From contig OZ244170.1 of NCBI GenBank assembly GCA_965216565.1, forward strand, positions 288,001 to 352,000: a stretch of 64,000 nucleotides of DNA, read 5' to 3'. The stretch comes from Bythopirellula sp. GTDB lineage: Bacteria > Planctomycetota > Planctomycetia > Pirellulales > Lacipirellulaceae. The notes under the pieces were generated by a model. It was not told the origin of the DNA and searched no databases. It saw only the letters and a list, made by a program, of their open reading frames with translations. Positions within the stretch are counted from its first letter, which is position 1, and each line of letters opens with the position of its first letter. Below are positions 1-9,243 of the stretch, one piece after another. A program made the translations under genes and the position numbers.

Positions 1-693
1 AGTTGGAGTATCTTCGTACGATATCGAGCGGAGCTTCTTCAGCTTCCGCGGCAACGTGACCCCATCCAGTAGATAACCGCCTGGGTGTTGTTGAGTGGCT
101 GGGTGGTAGTAGGCATTCTCTGCGCGTAGCTGCTTGCCGTAGACGGCCAGTTCGGCGGGCATTACGAACGTCGGTTTTACGATGCGTTCTTCCGCGGCGA
201 TCGTCTCTTGGCCGCCGATCAAGATATTCGATCGGCCATCGAAGCGGGCTTCCAATTCACGAGAGCGGCTGCCAGACAAATCTTTGATGTCGCGGGTCAG
301 TTGATCCCGGATCTCGGGAATCAAAAACTCACGGTTGGCCATGCTGGCGAGACTGATTGCAATTGCCGCAATCACTAGTGGTTTGATAACCCTCGTTTTC
401 GAAACTCCCGCGGCTAGCATCGCAGTTAGTTCATGGTGCCTTTGTAGCCAGGTCACCGTAAACATGGCTGCGAGCATCGCCAGAATGCCGCTGGTACGGT
501 CGAAGAATCCCAGTGCCCGGTATCCGTAGTATTCGCCGAGGACGCCCAACAAACTGCCATGTTGCTCGGCATAGGCGGTGAAGTTATCCAGATGACTAAA
601 GGCGTCGATCACCACATACAGACCCGTCAGGCTCAAGAAACAGATCACAAAGATCTGAATAAATTGCCGGAGGAGATAGCGATCGAGTATCAT
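1..693 (-). CDS. lptG: LptF/LptG family LPS export permease, 5' part (runs off the window edge)
   Basis: Manual translation from ATG at 693 gives MILDRYLLRQFIQIFVICFLSLTGLYVVIDAF, and later ELTAMLAAGVSKTRVIKPL, typical of LptF/G. Not in the ORF track because it is truncated. Confidence 0.8.
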   Translation of the reverse strand, partial: MILDRYLLRQFIQIFVICFLSLTGLYVVIDAFSHLDNFTAYAEQHGSLLGVLGEYYGYRALGFFDRTSGILAMLAAMFTVTWLQRHHELTAMLAAGVSKTRVIKPLVIAAIAISLASMANREFLIPEIRDQLTRDIKDLSGSRSRELEARFDGRSNILIGGQETIAAEERIVKPTFVMPAELAVYGKQLRAENAYYHPATQQHPGGYLLDGVTLPRKLKKLRSISYEDTPT

Positions 694-843
694 GCGAATT
701 GAGCAGGGTCGAGTGTTATAAGCGCGAAGGGTAGTTCACGCCGATTGCTAGCGTCAATAGAAGTGTGCTCCCGCCTGTGCTGGCATCGAGCTATTTCAAA
801 TCCGCATTCCGCAATTTATCCGTCTCAGCCGGTGAAATGGGCT

Positions 844-1599
844 ATGGCAGTAGTATCTCCAAAATGGCTGCGGCAACTTGGCCACCGAGCCCTGGATCTC
901 GTTTTCCCGCCTAGTTGCGTTGCTTGCCACCAGGCAATGGACGAACTGCCCGCGGGCATCGGCCTCTGCCAGTCTTGCCAAGACCTGCTTAGCCGGACGC
1001 CCACAGCAACCTGCCGCCGTTGCGGCGCACGCGTTCCCGAGATTCCCGGCAATGCCGAATCCTGCCCAAATTGCGTTGAGCATCGCCTACGTTTCGATCG
1101 AACTCTGTCTTACGGAGTCTACGAAGGCCTCCTGCGAGAATTGGTGTTGCAAATGAAGAGCGATGCAACCCAGCAGATATCGACCGCACTCGGAAAAGTT
1201 CTGGCAGAACATTTTCGCGAGCAGTTAGCAGAGATACAGCCCGATGCAGTGGTCCCCATCCCAATGCACAATTGGCGGAAACTGACGCGTCCTTCGAACC
1301 CCGTTGCCCGTTTGGCAGAAACGGTTGCCAGCAGTCTCAGCCTGCCTTTACAGCCCAAGCTCTTGAAGTGGCAGAAAAGCACGTCTGCACAGTTGGGCCT
1401 GTCTCAGCCAGGGCGATTTCGCAATGTACAAGGAGCCCTGGCCGTAAGTCCTGGCTATAAGCTGGATGCGCCGACCCTAGTGATTGTCGACGATGTGCTG
1501 ACAACCGGTGCCACCTGTAGCGAGGCTGCCCGCGTACTGAAACGTGCGGGAGCCGTTGAGGTGATCGTTTTGGTATTAGGGCGGACCCCAGTGGGTTGA
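844..1599 (+). CDS. comF: ComF family protein (double zinc ribbon + phosphoribosyltransferase domain)
   Basis: LDLVFPPSCVAC plus further CxxC pairs, VVPIPMH, and PRTase motif IVDDVLTTGAT. Start at ATG 844 is inferred. Confidence 0.9.
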   Translation: MAVVSPKWLRQLGHRALDLVFPPSCVACHQAMDELPAGIGLCQSCQDLLSRTPTATCRRCGARVPEIPGNAESCPNCVEHRLRFDRTLSYGVYEGLLRELVLQMKSDATQQISTALGKVLAEHFREQLAEIQPDAVVPIPMHNWRKLTRPSNPVARLAETVASSLSLPLQPKLLKWQKSTSAQLGLSQPGRFRNVQGALAVSPGYKLDAPTLVIVDDVLTTGATCSEAARVLKRAGAVEVIVLVLGRTPVG

Positions 1600-1804
1600 G
1601 TGGGCTTTCGGAGGTCGATTTATCACAAATGTGCGGATCGTTCCGTCAAATCGGACAAATTGGCGTCTTGAGCTCACGATCATCGACTTAAGACCTTAAA
1701 TCGCCTTCGCAGCGGGCTATCTTTTGTTGCCCTGCAGCATGGGCCGGGCAAGTCTCGCTTTGCTCGGCTTGTGCCGATGCCCTCAATTCGCAGAATAGTT
1801 CAGC

Positions 1805-2740
1805 ATGGATATCCCCGATCTTCCCACCGATCCCAAGCGTCGCCCGCTCGACCCCTTTCGTCGTGCGGTGATTCGAGGGTTAGGTGTTCTGCTGCCGCCG
1901 CTGCTGACCATCGTGATTTTTGTGTGGGTCGGCAATACCGTGGCCAATTACATGCTCTCCCCAATGGAAGGCTTAGCCAGACGAGGGCTCACGACCTACT
2001 ACCAGCAGAAGATTGTCCGAGCCGACGATATCCCCGCCAGCGAGGTGAACAACGATCTCGCGGAATACCAAGGGCAGCTCTACCACAAGACGGGTGACGG
2101 CCGGTTTATTCTGGAGAAGCATTTCGAGTATGCCGAAGAGCATCTCGACGGGCAGGATATGCCTGACGATGCGACCGATGTCTACGATCTGTACGTCGAC
2201 CGTCAGTTTCTCCAGCCGCAAGTTGTGCTGCCGCTGTTCTTGTGTGCATTTCTATTGGTGCTGTACCTGTTGGGTCGTTTCTTGGCAGCCGGTGTCGGCC
2301 GATTCTTTTGGATGCAATTCGAACGGGTCATCAATCGGCTCCCGCTGATCCGTAACGTGTATTCCTCAGTCAAGCAGGTCACCGATTTTCTCTTTAGCGA
2401 ACGAGAAATCGAATACACCCGCGTCGTAGCCGTGGAATACCCGCGCAAAGGCATCTGGACGTTGGCAATGGTCACGGGCGAAAGTCTACTTGATATTCGC
2501 TGTGCGGCTAACGAGCCGGTACTCTCAGTACTGGTGCCTACCTCGCCAATGCCGTTCACCGGCTTCACGGTAACGGTGAAGAAGAGCGAAACGATCGATC
2601 TGAATATCACCATCGATCAAGCGTTTCAGTTCATCGTCAGTTGTGGTGTCGTGGTGCCCCCTCAGCAGTTAGCGAAGGCGATTGCAGAGCAGGAAATCCG
2701 ACAGTCCGACCCCGGTGTCTCTCCACCGAGTGCTGAGTAG
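1805..2740 (+). CDS. DUF502 domain membrane protein
   Basis: GLGVLLPPLLT, RLPLIRNVYSSVKQ, VAVEYPRKG, VLVPTSPMPFTGF and IVSCG motifs. Confidence 0.85.
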   Translation: MDIPDLPTDPKRRPLDPFRRAVIRGLGVLLPPLLTIVIFVWVGNTVANYMLSPMEGLARRGLTTYYQQKIVRADDIPASEVNNDLAEYQGQLYHKTGDGRFILEKHFEYAEEHLDGQDMPDDATDVYDLYVDRQFLQPQVVLPLFLCAFLLVLYLLGRFLAAGVGRFFWMQFERVINRLPLIRNVYSSVKQVTDFLFSEREIEYTRVVAVEYPRKGIWTLAMVTGESLLDIRCAANEPVLSVLVPTSPMPFTGFTVTVKKSETIDLNITIDQAFQFIVSCGVVVPPQQLAKAIAEQEIRQSDPGVSPPSAE

Positions 2741-2821
2741 CCAATTGCTGCGGGACGACGGAATGTCTAGGATGAGCGAATCAAACGCTCTATTGAAGAT
2801 TCTCAACCGCTAGAAATTCCG

Positions 2822-3745
2822 TTGTCAAACCACCCTATCCGCATTGGTACACGAGCTAGCCAGCTTGCGTTGTGGCAAGCCAACTGGGTTGCCGAGCGCC
2901 TTAGTAGTCTCGGGGCGGCAGTTGAACTTGTGGAGATCGTCACCCAAGGCGATGTCCAGCAGTCTGGTCCCGTCCCAGGGCTCGGGATTCAAGGTGTGTT
3001 TACCAAAGAAGTTCAGTCTGCCGTTCTCGCAGAGGAAGCCGACCTGGCGGTCCACAGTTTGAAAGACTTGCCGACCGAAGCAACAGACGGGCTGGTGCTT
3101 GCCGCTATTCCTGAGCGCGCGAGTGTGGCAGACGCACTAATCTCAAATTCAGCTGGCACCTTGGCCGAACTGCCGGAGGGTGCGAAGGTTGGAACGGGTA
3201 GCCTGCGCAGGCAAGCACAGCTCAAACAACTTCGGACGGACCTAGAGGTCCTTGGCATTCGCGGCAACGTCGACACGAGGCTTCGCAAACTAGACGAGGG
3301 CCAGTACGACGCGATCATATTAGCCGAGGCTGGGCTGACAAGGTTGGGGCTGAACGAGCGGATCACCGAGCAATTGGGACCACCGCGCATGCTCCCAGCC
3401 CCGGGCCAAGGGGCTTTGGGGCTTGAATGCCGCGCGCAGGACAGCGTGTTGATTGAGCTGCTAGCCAATCTTGACGACCTCTCGTCGCGGGCCGCAGTTA
3501 CGGCGGAAAGGTCGATGCTGGCACTCCTGCATGCGGGATGCTCTGCACCTGTGGGAGCCTGGGGTAGGATCGAAGACGGGCAACTCATGCTCAACGGGCT
3601 CGTGGCTAGCCTCGACGGAGAGCAGATACTCACTGCTTCCGGCGCGGCCGACGTTACCCAGGGAGAATCGTTGGGCCAGACGGTCGCTAAGAAATTGCTC
3701 GATCAAGGGGCGGCCCAGATCGTCGCCGCGGCAAAGAATGCCTAA
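2822..3745 (+). CDS. hemC: Hydroxymethylbilane synthase
   Basis: IGTRASQLALWQA, AVHSLKDLP, GTGSLRRQAQL, IRGNVDTRL. Confidence 0.97.
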   Translation: MSNHPIRIGTRASQLALWQANWVAERLSSLGAAVELVEIVTQGDVQQSGPVPGLGIQGVFTKEVQSAVLAEEADLAVHSLKDLPTEATDGLVLAAIPERASVADALISNSAGTLAELPEGAKVGTGSLRRQAQLKQLRTDLEVLGIRGNVDTRLRKLDEGQYDAIILAEAGLTRLGLNERITEQLGPPRMLPAPGQGALGLECRAQDSVLIELLANLDDLSSRAAVTAERSMLALLHAGCSAPVGAWGRIEDGQLMLNGLVASLDGEQILTASGAADVTQGESLGQTVAKKLLDQGAAQIVAAAKNA

Positions 3746-3805
3746 TCCACGGTGCTAGCGGCAATGTCTGCCGACCTCGTTCAATTGCACACGCAACCTC
3801 TGCCG
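3729..3805 (+). promoter_or_regulatory. Three phased CGGC-N7-GCCG-like sites, putative sigma54 activator enhancer
   Basis: CGGCAAAGAATGCCT (3729), CGGCAATGTCTGCCG (3759) and ACGCAACCTCTGCCG (3791), spaced 30 and 32 bp, upstream of the sigma54 promoter. Confidence 0.5.
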
Positions 3806-3904
3806 ATGTGCCGCATCTAGCTCCTGGATGCTGGCGGATTCACTTCAGTGAATCGAGACCTGTTTTTCAAGGGTCACAGGAAAAGAACTCAAACGGCAAT
3901 CGTT

Positions 3905-3922
3905 TTGGCACAAGCCGTGCAT
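3905..3922 (+). promoter_or_regulatory. Sigma54 (-24/-12) promoter of the flgF operon
   Basis: TTGGCACAAGCCGTGCAT: GG (3907-3908), N10, GC (3919-3920), close to consensus TGGCACG-N4-TTGCW, about 55 bp before the flgF ATG. Confidence 0.8.
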
Positions 3923-3974
3923 AGTCCAAACGGCGATGGCAGGGGGGCAAACCTGCAATCACCTTATCGATAAC

Positions 3975-4733
3975 ATGTCTTACGGAATGTATCTGTCGGC
4001 TGAAGGCGCCAAAGTTCAAGCACAACGCTTGGAAATGATCGCCAATAATCTGGCCAACGTAAACACGCCCGGCTTCAAACGCGACATTCCCACGTTTCAG
4101 GCCCGCTTTGCCGAGGCAATTCAGCAAGGCCAGGCCACACCCGGTGTTGGTGGAACCAACGACGTTGGTGGTGGTGTGAAGATGATGGAAGTCGCCACTG
4201 ACTTCTCTCATACAACGTTGCGGAGCACCAATGTACCTACCGACATGGCCATCAACGGCGAGGGCTTTTTCCAAGTCCGCAACCGAAATGGCGAAGACCT
4301 GCTGACTCGCGCTGGCAATTTTCTGCTCGATGTCAACGGTCGCTTAACTACGCAAACCGGCGATTTCGCGGTACTCAATGATGGCGGCGGCGAAATCAAG
4401 CTCGATCCCGAGCAACCGTGGGAGATGTTTCCCGGCGGTGTGATCAGTCAGTCCGGATCGCGGATCAACGTTGGACTCCAAAAGCCCGAGTCGCTTGGCG
4501 ACCTGGTAAAAGTTGGCAACAACACGTTTCGTCCCCTGGGACCCATCACGCCAGTAGCAACTCCAGATCGAGACATTCGCCAAGGATATTTGGAGTTGTC
4601 GGGCGTAAGTTCCACTAACGAAATGATGACGATGATCGAAACGTCGCGTGCTTTTGAAGCCAACACCAAGTTGATTCAGCATCGCGATGGCATGATCAGT
4701 CAGCTCCTGGGACGGGTACTCTCCTCGGCTTAG
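3975..4733 (+). CDS. flgF: Flagellar basal-body rod protein FlgF
   Basis: IANNLANVNTPGFK, DMAINGEGFF, TRAGNF, QGYLELS; lies directly before flgG. Confidence 0.85.
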   Translation: MSYGMYLSAEGAKVQAQRLEMIANNLANVNTPGFKRDIPTFQARFAEAIQQGQATPGVGGTNDVGGGVKMMEVATDFSHTTLRSTNVPTDMAINGEGFFQVRNRNGEDLLTRAGNFLLDVNGRLTTQTGDFAVLNDGGGEIKLDPEQPWEMFPGGVISQSGSRINVGLQKPESLGDLVKVGNNTFRPLGPITPVATPDRDIRQGYLELSGVSSTNEMMTMIETSRAFEANTKLIQHRDGMISQLLGRVLSSA

Positions 4734-4793
4734 TTCACCACATTCATCACGGCAGATAACGGATAACTGACGGGTTCATAAGGACAGTAAACC

Positions 4794-5597
4794 ATGAGTG
4801 TTCAAACTCTCTACACAGCCGCCACCGGCATGGAAGCGTTGGAAACGAAGCTGGATGTGATTGCCAATAATATGGCGAATATCAACACCACGGGCTTCAA
4901 GAAAGATCGAGCCAACTTTGAAGACCTCATCTACCGTGTGAACCGTTTACCAGGTGCGACCGATGCCGACGGTAACCTGACATCCACAGGAATCGAAGTC
5001 GGCCTGGGTACGCGAGTTTCCAGCACACAAACCAATCATACCCAAGGCTCGATGCAAACCACCGGCAATCCGTTGGACTTTGCGATCGAAGGCGAAGGGT
5101 TCTTTCGCGTCATTGATCCGGGTGGAGACTTCTTGTACACACGAGCCGGCAACTTTGGCATCAATGCCAACGGCCAGTTGGTGCTCGGGTCAGCCAACAC
5201 AGGTTGGATCGTCGATCCAGCCGTCAATATCCCTAATAACGCTGTCGACATTGTTGTAACCGGTGATGGCCAGGTGCAATTTCGAACGACCGATTCGCCC
5301 ACATTGCAAACCGCTGGTCAGCTCAATATTTCAAACTTTATCAACCCCGATGGTTTGCTGAAGATGGGCGACAACTTGTTCAAAGAGACCGACGCCTCGA
5401 ATACAGCCACTACCGCTCAACCCGGTACCCCTGGTTTTGGCGTAATCGCTCAGGGAGCGCTGGAGTCGTCGAACGTAGAACCGGTGGAAGAACTCATCGA
5501 CTTGATTACCACCCAGCGGGCCTTTGAATTGAATTCTCAAGTTGTTCAGGCCGGCGACCAGATCATGCAGATCGCTGCCAATCTTCGTCGTGGTTAA
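4794..5597 (+). CDS. flgG: Flagellar basal-body rod protein FlgG
   Basis: LYTAATGM, IANNMANINTTGFKKDRANFEDLIY, QGALESSNVEPVEELIDLITTQRAFELNS. Confidence 0.95.
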   Translation: MSVQTLYTAATGMEALETKLDVIANNMANINTTGFKKDRANFEDLIYRVNRLPGATDADGNLTSTGIEVGLGTRVSSTQTNHTQGSMQTTGNPLDFAIEGEGFFRVIDPGGDFLYTRAGNFGINANGQLVLGSANTGWIVDPAVNIPNNAVDIVVTGDGQVQFRTTDSPTLQTAGQLNISNFINPDGLLKMGDNLFKETDASNTATTAQPGTPGFGVIAQGALESSNVEPVEELIDLITTQRAFELNSQVVQAGDQIMQIAANLRRG

Positions 5598-5606
5598 TCT
5601 TACCCC

Positions 5607-6668
5607 ATGAATAAACTCATGATTCAAAATACTCTCCTAAGTTTGCTAGTGTGCTTCGCGACTGCGGCCTCAACGTTATCTGCGTTGGGAGCCAACGTTG
5701 TGTTGCGATCTCAAAGCATGCACACGGGGCCCATGGTTTACTTGGGTGACATCGCGGAAATCTCCGCGGCAACTCCTGGCGAACTGCAAGAGCTCAAGCA
5801 CACTTCGATCACTCCAGCCCCTGCTCCAGGGACGCTGCAGTACCTGAGCCGGGCACAAGTTCGCGACATGTTGGTGGCCAGCGGCATTAGTCTGTTTAGT
5901 CTCGACATTGGTGGTGCGGAAGTTGTAGAACTAGGTCAGGCCAAAGCTCTGCCACAGGTTGATCAACAAACCACTATCCCTAGCCGTTCGCGTCAACAGA
6001 TCGAACGTGCTTTGGAAGATTCTATCACTAATTACTTGATTGCTGAGACAGGTCACGACGGTTGGCGGATAGCCATTGAGTTCGACGCCAAGTCGCTTCT
6101 TCAAGCGGCCAGCCTTTCCGACGATTTGGAAGTATCTGGCGGACACCGTCCCTGGACGGGGCGGCAATACTTCAACGTATCGGACGCACGGCATGAAGAG
6201 TCCGTCCGCGTGACGACAAAGATTACCAGATTCCAAACAGTCGTTACGACGCTGCGGCCAATCGCCCGAGGCGATTTGATCCGCGCCTCGGATCTCCAGA
6301 CCGAAGTCGTGGAAGGTAGCCTCCAGTCCACGACGATTACCGAGCCGAGCCAAATCATCGGCATGCAAGCGAAGCAATCGATCGGTAAGGGGAAAGTCAT
6401 CTCGAGGAATCAAATTGCCGCCCCTCTGCAAGTGGAGCGTGGCGAAACTGTGACCGTGTTTGCCCGCACAGCTGGAATCGCAGTGCGAACCTATGCTGTC
6501 GCTCGGCAAGATGGAGCGTTGGGCGATTTGATTCAGGTAGAGACACTCGACAAGAAAGATCGCTATGCCGCACGGGTTTCTGGACTGCGGGAATTGGAAG
6601 TCTTGGCCGCAGGCGCATCGGTTCGAGACTATGCTTCGTTGCCACGTCATAACACAGTCTTACGTTAA
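5607..6668 (+). CDS. flgA: Flagellar P-ring formation chaperone FlgA
   Basis: Signal peptide, LGDIAEI, SAF-like region and C-terminal VERGETV...ARQDGALGDLIQV; lies between flgG and flgH. Confidence 0.85.
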   Translation: MNKLMIQNTLLSLLVCFATAASTLSALGANVVLRSQSMHTGPMVYLGDIAEISAATPGELQELKHTSITPAPAPGTLQYLSRAQVRDMLVASGISLFSLDIGGAEVVELGQAKALPQVDQQTTIPSRSRQQIERALEDSITNYLIAETGHDGWRIAIEFDAKSLLQAASLSDDLEVSGGHRPWTGRQYFNVSDARHEESVRVTTKITRFQTVVTTLRPIARGDLIRASDLQTEVVEGSLQSTTITEPSQIIGMQAKQSIGKGKVISRNQIAAPLQVERGETVTVFARTAGIAVRTYAVARQDGALGDLIQVETLDKKDRYAARVSGLRELEVLAAGASVRDYASLPRHNTVLR

Positions 6669-6726
6669 CGCTGCTGCAACTGCTTTGGGCCGCTCACTCA
6701 AACTGACAACAAGTTGGAATTTCGAG

Positions 6727-7425
6727 ATGAAACAACAGTCCAGGAAATTCAGAAACCAGTGCTTTGCCGGCGCGTTTGTCGTGGGCTCCGCTTTCGCGGT
6801 TTGCCCAGCCGAGGCGCAGGACGGCAGCCTGTTTCAACAACCAGTGAACACTCCGCGTGGTCTAACGCTACAAACTAGCTCGTTCGTCTTCCGCGATTTG
6901 CCGCCTGAAGCCATGCCGCGTCAGTTGCAGGAGCAGGATATCATCACGGTGCTTGTCGACTTCAACTCTCGGTTCTTGAGTGAGGGTGATGCGGAAAACA
7001 GAAAAACGGCAAGCCTGGCCGCGGTATTGGCCGACTGGATTCAACTCGATAGCGGTTCGCTCAAGCCTGCCGCCCAAGCCGATGGCGACCCCACCATCAC
7101 CGGGACGCTCAATAGCCAATACCGTGCTGAATCTGACGTCGAGCTGCGAGACTCGCTGACGTTCCGAATGGCAGCCAAGATCGTCGACATTCGCCCGAAC
7201 GGAAACCTCGTGATCGAAGGACACCAAGAAATTCGCAACAACGAAGAACGTTGGCGGATATCGATCACTGGCGTTGTACGTCGCGAAGCGATTCAGGCCG
7301 ACCGCACTGTCAGCAGCGATTCCATCGCCGAGCTGCGAATCGATAAAGAAGAAATGGGCCAGGTTCGCGACGGCTATGCTCGCGGCTGGTTCACACAGTG
7401 GTACGACAAATACAAACCTTTTTAA
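6727..7425 (+). CDS. flgH: Flagellar L-ring protein FlgH
   Basis: DIITVLV, IVDIRPNGNLVIEG, ITGVVRREAI, GW near the C-terminus. Start at ATG 6727 is inferred. Confidence 0.9.
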   Translation: MKQQSRKFRNQCFAGAFVVGSAFAVCPAEAQDGSLFQQPVNTPRGLTLQTSSFVFRDLPPEAMPRQLQEQDIITVLVDFNSRFLSEGDAENRKTASLAAVLADWIQLDSGSLKPAAQADGDPTITGTLNSQYRAESDVELRDSLTFRMAAKIVDIRPNGNLVIEGHQEIRNNEERWRISITGVVRREAIQADRTVSSDSIAELRIDKEEMGQVRDGYARGWFTQWYDKYKPF

Positions 7426-7442
7426 GTAAGTCTCCCTTAAAC

Positions 7443-7501
7443 GTAGCTGGATTCGCAAGAATTCAGCCAAATCCGTTCTGAATTTTCGCAAATCCAGCTA
7501 C
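7443..7501. repeat. GTAG-type REP doublet (REPIN-like)
   Basis: GTAGCTGGATTCGCAAGAATTCAG, an 11-nt spacer, then the inverted copy CTGAATTTTCGCAAATCCAGCTAC, between flgH and flgI. Confidence 0.8.
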
Positions 7502-7541
7502 ATCCGAGATCACGCGAATTTAATTACCGCGGACAACAACT

Positions 7542-8621
7542 ATGAAATCTTCAAGCAACACGACCAAGCTCACAACGATCGCGCTCACGTTGCTCGTGTT
7601 GGCAACCATTGGTCAGCAAGCCTCTGCACAAACATTCCTGCGAAACATCTGTCGGGTAAAAGGCCAGGAAGAAAACGTGCTACGTGGTCTCGGCATGGTG
7701 GTGGGACTGAATGGCACGGGCGAAGCCAATGATGCCCAAACCATGCGGGCCTTGTCGCGGGCGATGGAACTCATGGGCAGCCCCATCCCTCAACAAGGAT
7801 TGCCAGGGCAGGGCAGCCTGGACGAGCTGAAGAAGATCAAGAACGTCGCTCTGGTAATGGTCACTGCCACGGTTCCCGACACGGGTGCTCGTAGCGGCGA
7901 CAAGATCGACTGCAGCGTCAGTGCTATTAACGGAAAAAGCCTCGATGGTGGTCGACTCGCTTTCGCCGCCCTCAAAGGCCCGAACATTCAAGACGAACGC
8001 GTTTATGCACTCGCCGAGGGGTCGATTCATCTAGACGATCCCGATCAACCCCTGGTGGGCACGATTCACAACGGCTGTCAAATGGAAGAAGACGTGTTTA
8101 CGCCTTTTATGGATGAGAACAACTACGTCACTTTGATTCTTGATCGCAACCATGCCAACTTTCAAACGGCCAGCGACATTGCTGAAATCATCACACAGAC
8201 GCACTTTCAGCAGGAACCCGACGCAGTGAAAGCACTCAACGCCTCGAACATCCGCATGCGAGTCCCCAAAGCCTATGTGGAAGATCCAGTGGCCTTCATC
8301 TCGGGGTTGATGGAAACACAAACCTATTCGCCCGAGCCGGAAGCGCGCGTGGTGATCGATCAGAAGAAGGGCAGTATTGTGATTAGTGGCGACGTGCAAA
8401 TTGGAGACGTCGTGGTTTCGCACAAGAATATTGTGGTCGATGCCACGGTGCAGGTGCCCCCCTTCGAGGCAATCGATCAACAGCAGGGTAGCGACTCGGC
8501 CAAACTAACGGCCCTTGTCGACGCACTCAACGCACTGAAGGTGCCAACCTCAGATGCAATTGACATCATCAAGACTATCGAAAGCAGCGGCAAATTGCAT
8601 GGCCGGCTGATTGTGAAATAG
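7542..8621 (+). CDS. flgI: Flagellar P-ring protein FlgI
   Basis: GLGMVVGLNGTG, KNVALVMVTA, ARVVID..GSIVISGDV, GKLHGRLIV. Confidence 0.92.
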   Translation: MKSSSNTTKLTTIALTLLVLATIGQQASAQTFLRNICRVKGQEENVLRGLGMVVGLNGTGEANDAQTMRALSRAMELMGSPIPQQGLPGQGSLDELKKIKNVALVMVTATVPDTGARSGDKIDCSVSAINGKSLDGGRLAFAALKGPNIQDERVYALAEGSIHLDDPDQPLVGTIHNGCQMEEDVFTPFMDENNYVTLILDRNHANFQTASDIAEIITQTHFQQEPDAVKALNASNIRMRVPKAYVEDPVAFISGLMETQTYSPEPEARVVIDQKKGSIVISGDVQIGDVVVSHKNIVVDATVQVPPFEAIDQQQGSDSAKLTALVDALNALKVPTSDAIDIIKTIESSGKLHGRLIVK

Positions 8622-8632
8622 CTGATTTTAGG

Positions 8633-8725
8633 ATCGAGGAAGAGTAACTTCTCATAAGTCCCTCGCCCCATTGGGGAGAGGCACGGTGAGGGGGACAAAA
8701 ATAAGGGAAGTTACTCTTCCTCGAT
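8633..8725. repeat. 93-bp element with perfect 19-bp terminal inverted repeats enclosing a CCCTC...GAGGG REP-like hairpin
   Basis: ATCGAGGAAGAGTAACTTC (8633-8651) and GAAGTTACTCTTCCTCGAT (8707-8725); inner GTCCCTCGCCCCATTGGGGAGAGGCACGGTGAGGGGGAC. Confidence 0.75.
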
Positions 8726-8743
8726 GCCGCTGAGAGAAATTCA

Positions 8744-9124
8744 ATGGAAATCAATCTGCAATCCAATTCGAGTATACGCCCTCTGAGGCCGACCAATGTC
8801 AGTGCCGCTGAGCAACTCGGGCAGGCCGAGGAAGTTCAAGAGAAGTTCCGTCAATTCGTCGGCGAGATGTTCTTTGGACAGTTGATGAAGGCGATGCGAA
8901 GCACCCAAGACAAACCCGCCTACTTCCACGGCGGTCGGGCCGAAGAGGTATTCCAGGGACAGATGGACCAACTGATGGCAGAGGAAATGACGGAAGCCAG
9001 TGCCGAGCAGATCGCCGACCCGATGTTTCGCCAACAATTTCCTCGTCAAGCAGCCATCATCGATGCAGCCCGAGAAGCGAATGACAGTTCGCTAGATGAT
9101 TTGCGATTCCTCAGCAGACGTTAG
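8744..9124 (+). CDS. flgJ: FlgJ-like rod-binding protein without muramidase domain
   Basis: F.QLMKAMRST, EEVFQGQMDQLMAEEM, IADPMFRQ; follows flgI. Confidence 0.8.
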   Translation: MEINLQSNSSIRPLRPTNVSAAEQLGQAEEVQEKFRQFVGEMFFGQLMKAMRSTQDKPAYFHGGRAEEVFQGQMDQLMAEEMTEASAEQIADPMFRQQFPRQAAIIDAAREANDSSLDDLRFLSRR

Positions 9125-9157
9125 ATACCAAAGTAAGAAAACGGATCGCCTCTCTCG

Positions 9158-9199
9158 TCCCCCTCCCCCGTCTTCGGGGAAGGGACTAGGGGAGGGGGA
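9158..9199. repeat. CCCTC...GAGGG REP-like hairpin
   Basis: TCCCCCTCCCC pairs with GGGGAGGGGGA; same type as the core at 8658-8696. Confidence 0.7.
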
Positions 9200-9243
9200 T
9201 TCGGAGAAGTAAGACCACAAGCCGGTAAGACGAGACACAAGAA

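Noticed and set aside
844..1599. comF as evidence of a competence locus linked to the nuclease cluster
   Set aside because: comF is widespread as a lone gene, lies over 50 kb away, and no other com genes are present.
6565..6726. N-terminal extension of FlgH overlapping flgA
   Set aside because: ATG 6727 gives a proper signal peptide with no overlap; the upstream in-frame stretch is probably untranslated.
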